Below are positions 56,501-64,000 of a DNA stretch of 64,000 bases, piece by piece. The notes under the pieces are model-generated. The model had not been told where the DNA came from. It saw only the letters and a list, made by a program, of their open reading frames with translations, and did no database searches. Source of the DNA: Auanema rhodensis (taxonomy: Eukaryota > Animalia > Nematoda); contig OZ059894.1 in assembly GCA_964057225.1 (NCBI GenBank), positions 23,870,001-23,934,000 of the forward strand, given 5' to 3'. How positions within the stretch are numbered: the first letter of the stretch is position 1; every line of letters begins with the position of its first letter. The position numbers and the translations under genes are program-made.

Positions 56501-57837
56501 CTTGGTATGTAACTCGCTTCACGTGAAAGATAAAGAGATGCGGTTTTCAAAATTAGATTCCCCATGTCCATATTAGTCTAAAAACAAATTTTTATTGATA
56601 TTGGTTCATGGTAACCATGACTTTGAAATTTACGTGAACTTCAATTTATGCTAATTAAATGTACACGTGATGTGCACTTGGTATGTAACTCGCTTCACGT
56701 GAAAGATAAAGAGATGCGGTTTTCAAAATTAGATTCCCCATGTCCATATTAGTCTAAAAACAAATTTTTATTGATATTGGTTCATGGTAACCATGACTTT
56801 GAAATTTACGTGAACTTTAATTTATGCTAATTAAATGTACACGTGATGTGCACTTGGTATGTAACTCGCTTCACGTGAAAGATAAAGAGATGCGGTTTTC
56901 AAAATTAGATTCCCCATGTCCATATTATTCTAAAAACAAATTTTTATTGATATTGGTTCATGGTAACCATGACTTTGAAATTTACGTGAACTTCAATTTA
57001 TGCTAATTAAATGTACACGTGATGTGCACTTGGTATGTAACTCGCTTCACGTGAAAGATAAAGAGATGCGGTTTTCAAAATTAGATTCCCCATGTCCATA
57101 TTAGTCTAAAAACAAATTTTTATTGATATTGGTTCATGGTAACCATGACTTTGAAATTTACGTGAACTTCAATTTATGCTAATTAAATGTACACGTGATG
57201 TGCACTTGGTATGTAACTCGCTTCACGTGAAAGATAAAGAGATGCGGTTTTCAAAATTAGATTCCCCATGTCCATATTAGTCTAAAAACAAATTTTTATT
57301 GATATTGGTTCATGGTAACCATGACTTTGAAATTTACGTGAACTTCAATTTATGCTAATTAAATGTACACGTGATGTGCACTTGGTATGTAACTCGCTTC
57401 ACGTGAAAGATAAAGAGATGCGGTTTTCAAAATTAGATTCCCCATGTCCATATTAGTCTAAAAACAAATTTTTATTGATATTGGTTCATGGTAACCATGA
57501 CTTTGAAATTTACGTGAACTTTAATTTATGCTAATTAAATGTACACGTGATGTGCACTTGGTATGTAACTCGCTTCACGTGAAAGATAAAGAAATGCGGT
57601 TTTCAAAATTAGATTCCCCATGTCCATATTAGTCTAAAAACAAATTTTTATTGATATTGGTGCATGGTAACCATGACTTTGAAATTTACGTGAACTTTAA
57701 TTTATGCTAATTAAATGTACACGTGATGTGCCCTTGGTATGTAACTCGCTTCACGTGAAAGATAAAGAGATGCGGTTTTCAAAATTAGATTCCCCATGTC
57801 CATATTAGTCTAAAAACAAATTTTTATTGATATTGGT
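53541..57837. repeat. Tandem duplication of a 12-monomer (2112-bp) block
   Basis: SNP pairs at offset 2112: 54095/56207, 54816/56928, 55481/57593 and 55620/57732. Confidence 0.85.
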
Positions 57838-60800
57838 GCATGGTAACCATGACTTTGAAATTTACGTGAACTTTAATTTATGCTAATTAAATGTACACGT
57901 ATTGTGCACTTGGTATGTAACTCGCTTCACGTGAAAGATAAAGAGATGCGGTTTTCAAAATTAGATTCCCCATGTCCATATTAGTCTAAAAACAAATTTT
58001 TATTGATATTGGTGCATGGTAACCATGACTTTGAAATTTACGTGAACTTTAATTTATGCTAATTAAATGTACACGTGATGTGCACTTGGTATGTAACTCG
58101 CTTCACGTGAAAGATAAAAAGATGCGGTTTTCAAAATTAAATTTCCCATGTCCATATTAGTCTAAAAACAAATTTTTATTGATATTGGTGCATGGTAACC
58201 ATGACTTTGAAATTTACGTGAACTTTAATTTATGCTAATTAAATGTACACGTGATGTGCACTTGGTATGTAACTCGCTTCACGTGAAAGATAAAGAGATG
58301 CGGTTTTCAAAATTAGATTCCCCATGTCCATATTAGTCTAAAAACAAATTTTTATTGATATTGGTTCATGGTAACCATGACTTTGAAATTTACGTGAACT
58401 TTAATTTATGCTAATTAAATGTACACGTGATGTGCACTTGGTATGTAACTCGCTTCACGTGAAAGATAAAGAGATGCGGTTTTCAAAATTAGATTCCCCA
58501 TGTCCATATTAGTCTAAAAACAAATTTTTATTGATATTGGTTCATGGTGACCATGACTTTGAAATTTACGTGAACTTTAATTTATGCTAATTAAATGTAC
58601 ACGTGATGTGCACTTGGTATGTAACTCACTTCATGTGAAAGATAAAGAGATGCGGTTTTCAAAATTAGATTCCCCATGTCCATATTAGTCTAAAAACAAA
58701 TTTTTATTGATATTGGTGCATGGTAACCATGACTTTGAAATTTACGTGAACTTTAATTTATGCTAATTAAATATACACGTGATGTGCACTTGGTATGTAA
58801 CTCGCTTCACGTGAAAGATAAAAAGATGCGGTTTTCAAAATTAGATTCCCCATGTCCATATTAGTCTAAAAACAAATTTTTATTGATATTGGTTCATGGT
58901 AACCATGACTTTGAAATTTACGTGAACTTCAATTTATGCTAATTAAATGTACACGTGATGTGCACTTGGTATGTAACTCGCTTCACGTGAAAGATAAAGA
59001 GATGCGGTTTTCAAAATTAGATTCCCCATGTCCATATTAGTCTAAAAACAAATTTTTATTGATATTGGTTCATGGTAACCATGACTTTGAAATTTACGTG
59101 AACTTCAATTTATGCTAATTAAATGTACACGTGATGTGCACTTGGTATGTAACTCGCTTCACGTGAAAGATAAAGAGATGCGGTTTTCAAAATTAGATTC
59201 CCCATGTCCATATTAGTCTAAAAACAACTTTTTATTGATATTGGTGCATGGTAACCATGACTTTGAAATTTACGTGAACTTTAATTTATGCTAATTAAAT
59301 GTACACGTGATGTGCACTTGGTATGTAACTCGCTTCACGTGAAAGATAAAGAGATGCGGTTTTCAAAATTAGATTCCCCATGTCCATATTAGTCTAAAAA
59401 CAAATTTTTATTGATATTGGTTCATGGTAACCATGACTTTGAAATTTACGTGAACTTCAATTTATGCTAATCAAATGTACACGTGATGTGCACTTGGTAT
59501 GTAACTCGCTTCACGTGAAAGATAAAGAGATGCGGTTTTCAAAATTAGATTCCCCATGTCCATATTAGTCTAAAAACAAATTTTTATTGATATTGGTTCA
59601 TGGTAACCATGACTTTGAAATTTACGTGAACTTTAATTTATGCTAATTAAATGTACACGTGATGTGCACTTGGTATGTAACTCGCTTCACGTGAAAGATA
59701 AAGAGATGCGGTTTTCAAAATTAGATTCCCCATGTCCATATTAGTCTAAAAACAAATTTTTATTGATATTGGTGCATGGTAACCATGACTTTGAAATTTA
59801 CGTGAACTTTAATTTATGCTAATTAAATGTACACGTGATGTGCACTTGGTATGTAACTCGCTTCACGTGAAAGATAAAGAGATGCGGTTTTCAAAATTAG
59901 ATTCCCCATGTCCATATTAGTCTAAAAACAAATTTTTATTGATATTGGTTCATGGTAACCATGACTTTGAAATTTACGTGAACTTTAATTTATGCTAATT
60001 AAATGTACACGTGATGTGCACTTGGTACGTAACTCGCTTCACGTGAAAGATAAAGAGATGCGGTTTTCAAAATTAGATTCCCCATGTCCATATTAGTCTA
60101 AAAACAAATTTTTATTGATATTGGTTCATGGTAACCATGACTTTGAAATTTACGTGAACTTCAATTTATGCTAATTAAATGTACACGTGATGTGCACTTG
60201 GTATGTAACTCGCTTCACGTGAAAGATAAAGAGATGCGGTTTTCAAAATTAGATTCCCCATGTCCATATTAGTCTAAAAACAAATTTTTATTGATATTGG
60301 TTCATGGTAACCATGACTTTGAAATTTACGTGAACTTTAATTTATGCTAATTAAATGTACACGTGATGTGCACTTGGTACGTAACTCGCTTCACGTGAAA
60401 GATAAAGAGATGCGGTTTTCAAAATTAGATTCCCCATGTCCATATTAGTCTAAAAACAAATTTTTATTGATATTGGTTCATGGTAACCATGACTTTGAAA
60501 TTTACGTGAACTTCAATTTATGCTAATTAAATGTACACGTGATGTGCACTTGGTATGTAACTCGCTTCACGTGAAAGATAAAGAGATGCGGTTTTCAAAA
60601 TCAGATTCCCCATGTCCATATTAGTCTAAAAACAAATTTTTATTGATATTGGTGCATGGTAACCATGACTTTGAAATTTACGTGAACTTTAATTTATGCT
60701 AATTAAATGTACACGTGATGTGCACTTGGAATGTAACTCGCTTCACGTGAAAGATAAAGAGATGCGGTTTTCAAAATTAGATTCCCCATGTCCATATTAG

Positions 60801-62481
60801 TCTAAAAACAAATTTTTATTGATATTGGTTCATGGTAACCATGACTTTGAAATTTACGTGAACTTCAATTTATGCTAATTAAATGTACACGTGATGTGCA
60901 CTTGGTATGTAACTCGCTTCACGTGAAAGATAAAGAGATGCGGTTTTCAAAATTAGATTCCCCATGTCCATATTAGTCTAAAAACAAATTTTTATTGATA
61001 TTGGTGCATGGTAACCATGACTTTGAAATTTACGTGAACTTTAATTTATGCTAATTAAATGTACACGTGATGTGCACTTGGTATGTAACTCGCTTCACGT
61101 GAAAGATAAAGAGATGCGGTTTTCAAAATTAGATTCCCCATGTCCATATTAGTCTAAAAACAAATTTTTATTGATATTGGTTCATGGTAACCATGACTTT
61201 GAAATTTACGTGAACTTTAATTTATGCTAATTAAATGTACACGTGATGTGCACTTGGTACGTAACTCGCTTCACGTGAAAGATAAAGAGATGCGGTTTTA
61301 AAAATTAGATTCCCCATGTCCATATTAGTCTAAAAACAAATTTTTATTGATATTGGTGCATGGTAACCATGACTTTGAACTTTACGTGAACTTTAATTTA
61401 TGCTAATTAAATGTACACGTATTGTGCACTTGGTATGTAACTCGCTTCACGTGAAAGATAAAGAGATGCGGTTTTCAAAATTAGATTCCCCATGTCCATA
61501 TTAGTCTAAAAACAAATTTTTATTGATATTGGTGCATGGTAACCATGACTTTGAAATTTACGTGAACTTTAATTTATGCTAATTAAATGTACACGTGATG
61601 TGCACTTGGTATGTAACTCGCTTCACGTGAAAGATAAAGAGATGCGGTTTTCAAAATTAGATTCCCCATGTCCATATTAGTCTAAAAACAAATTTTTATT
61701 GATATTGGTTCATGGTAACCATGACTTTGAAATTTACGTGAACTTTAATTTATGCTAATTAAATGTACACGTGATGTGCACTTGGTATGTAACTCGCTTC
61801 ACGTGAAAGATAAAGAGATGCGGTTTTCAAAATTAGATTCCCCATGTCCATATTAGTCTAAAAACAAATTTTTATTGATATTGGTTCATGGTGACCATGA
61901 CTTTGAAATTTACGTGAACTTTAATTTATGCTAATTAAATGTACACGTGATGTGCACTTGGTATGTAACTCACTTCATGTGAAAGATAAAGAGATGCGGT
62001 TTTCAAAATTAGATTCCCCATGTCCATATTAGTCTAAAAACAAATTTTTATTGATATTGGTGCATGGTAACCATGACTTTGAAATTTACGTGAACTTTAA
62101 TTTATGCTAATTAAATGTACACGTGATGTGCACTTGGTATGTAACTCGCTTCACGTGAAAGATAAAGAGATGCGGTTTTCAAAATTAGATTCCCCATGTC
62201 CATATTAGTCTAAAAACAAATTTTTATTGATATTGGTTCATGGTAACCATGACTTTGAAATTTACGTGAACTTCAATTTATGCTAATTAAATGTACACGT
62301 GATGTGCACTTGGTATGTAACTCGCTTCACGTGAAAGATAAAGAGATGCGGTTTTCAAAATTAGATTCCCCATGTCCATATTAGTCTAAAAACAAATTTT
62401 TATTGATATTGGTGCATGGTAACCATGACTTTGAAATTTACGTGAACTTTAATTTATGCTAATTAAATGTACACGTGATGT

Positions 62482-63889
62482 GCACTTGGTATGTAACTCG
62501 CTTCACGTGAAAGATAAAGAGATGCGGTTTTCAAAATTAGATTCCCCATGTCCATATTAGTCTAAAAACAACTTTTTATTGATATTGGTTCATGGTAACC
62601 ATGACTTTGAAATTTACGTGAACTTCAATTTATGCTAATTAAATGTACACGTGATGTGCACTTGGTATGTAACTCGCTTCACGTGAAAGATAAAGAGATG
62701 CGGTTTTCAAAATTAGATTCCCCATGTCCATATTAGTCTAAAAACAAATTTTTATTGATATTGGTTCATGGTAACCATGACTTTGAAATTTACATGAACT
62801 TCAATTTATGCTAATCAAATGTACACGTGATGTGCACTTGGTATGTAACTCGCTTCACGTGAAAGATAAAGAGATGCGGTTTTCAAAATTAGATTCCCCA
62901 TGTCCATATTAGTCTAAAAACAAATTTTTATTGATATTGGTGCATGGTAACCATGACTTTGAAATTTACGTGAACTTTAATTTATGCTAATTAAATGTAC
63001 ACGTGATGTGCACTTGGTATGTAACTCGCTTCACGTGAAAGATAAAGAGATGCGGTTTTCAAAATTAGATTCCCCATGTCCATATTAGTCTAAAAACAAA
63101 TTTTTATTGATATTGGTTCATGGTAACCATGACTTTGAAATTTACGTGAACTTCAATTTATGCTAATTAAATGTACACGTGATGTGCACTTGGTATGTAA
63201 CTCGCTTCACGTGAAAGATAAAGAGATGCGGTTTTCAAAATTAGATTCCCCATGTCCATATTAGTCTAAAAACAACTTTTTATTGATATTGGTTCATGGT
63301 AACCATGACTTTGAAATTTACGTGAACTTCAATTTATGCTAATTAAATGTACACGTGATGTGCACTTGGTATGTAACTCGCTTCACGTGAAAGATAAAGA
63401 GATGCGGTTTTCAAAATTAGATTCCCCATGTCCATATTAGTCTAAAAACAAATTTTTATTGATATTGGTTCATGGTAACCATGACTTTGAAATTTACATG
63501 AACTTCAATTTATGCTAATCAAATGTACACGTGATGTGCACTTGGTATGTAACTCGCTTCACGTGAAAGATAAAGAGATGCGGTTTTCAAAATTAGATTC
63601 CCCATGTCCATATTAGTCTAAAAACCAATTTTTATTGATATTGGTGCATGGTAACCATGACTTTGAAATTTACGTGAACTTTAATTTATGCTAATTAAAT
63701 GTACACGTGATGTGCACTTGGTATGTAACTCGCTTCACGTGAAAGATAAAGAGATGCGGTTTTCAAAATTAGATTCCCCATGTCCATATTAGTCTGAAAA
63801 CAACTTTTTATTGATATTGGTTCATGGTAACCATGACTTTGAAATTTACGTGAACTTCAATTTATGCTAATTAAATGTACACGTGATGT
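62482..63889. repeat. Local 4-monomer (704-bp) duplication
   Basis: Rare SNP pairs at offset 704: 62572/63276 (CAACTTT), 62794/63498 (TACATG) and 62816/63520 (TAATCAA). Edges are approximate. Confidence 0.75.
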
Positions 63890-64000
63890 GCACTTGGTAT
63901 GTAACTCGCTTCACGTGAAAGATAAAGAGATGCGGTTTTCAAAATTAGATTCCCCATGTCCATATTAGTCTAAAAACAAATTTTTATTGATATTGGTTCA

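Larger units (their letters stand above)
1..64000. repeat. 176-bp tandem satellite array (~363.6 monomers, single orientation), probably centromeric or pericentromeric
   Basis: Monomers start at 1, 177 and 353, then at multiples of 176 from 528, and at 176n+2 after two 1-bp insertions. All spacings between ORF-track hits are exact multiples of 176 (4048, 2112, 3872, 4224, 7920, 1408, 2992, 2640, 2112). No unique sequence was seen. The satellite call is direct; the centromeric role is inferred from nucleosome-scale monomer length and high homogeneity. Confidence 0.98.
24290..64000. repeat. Right haplotype domain of the satellite
   Basis: Frequent T145C (AACTTCAA, usually with G109T), G79T, C51T, C64T+C65T, G40A and A3C. 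The left-domain markers disappear except in one monomer at 48754. Confidence 0.85.

Noticed and set aside
25496-57006. Ten 60-aa ORFs as genuine CDS
   Set aside because: Each is a satellite monomer with a TAG>TAT SNP. About 97% of copies keep the stop, there is no recognisable domain, and their distribution simply follows the block duplications.
1-64000. CRISPR array or other repeat-spacer system
   Set aside because: Palindromic motifs recur regularly, but the intervening sequence is also identical in every unit. There are no unique spacers and no cas or other genes.
1-64000. Assignment to known 176-bp satellites (Brassica CentBr, honeybee AluI repeat)
   Set aside because: Only the length matches. 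The sequence does not resemble CentBr as I recall it and lacks AGCT/AAGCTT sites. A database search is needed.
1-64000. Hidden transposon insertion or strand inversion
   Set aside because: The 176-bp phase and orientation hold at every point checked, apart from three 1-bp indels.
1-64000. G109/T109 and T145/C145 pattern as an information-bearing code
   Set aside because: The pattern is adequately explained by nested tandem duplications and conversion, and nothing in the sequence indicates a reader or function.

Overview
The whole window is one uninterrupted head-to-tail tandem array of a 176-bp, AT-rich (~32% GC) satellite monomer: about 363 full copies plus a partial one, all in the same orientation and typically 0-3 substitutions from consensus. 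Consensus, used for position numbering below: GCACTTGGTATGTAACTCGCTTCACGTGAAAGATAAAGAGATGCGGTTTTCAAAATTAGATTCCCCATGTCCATATTAGTCTAAAAACAAATTTTTATTGATATTGGTGCATGGTAACCATGACTTTGAAATTTACGTGAACTTTAATTTATGCTAATTAAATGTACACGTGATGT. I see no genes, transposon insertions, CRISPR spacers or array boundary. The ten 60-aa ORFs are by-products of one SNP (G79T, TAG>TAT). Monomer size, homogeneity and array length fit a eukaryotic centromeric or pericentromeric satellite (inference); I cannot name the family or organism. Two layers of structure are readable. First, the SNP pattern shows two haplotype domains meeting near 24.3 kb, a 10-monomer higher-order repeat on the left, recent 4-, 6-, 12- and 24-monomer duplications, and a ~16-17 kb re-occurrence on the right. 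Second, the monomer is rich in dyad symmetry and carries three evenly spaced ACGTGA motifs, two of them full CACGTG E/G-boxes. I found no support for a novel protein-coding system. All variant calls were made by eye and should be confirmed by alignment.
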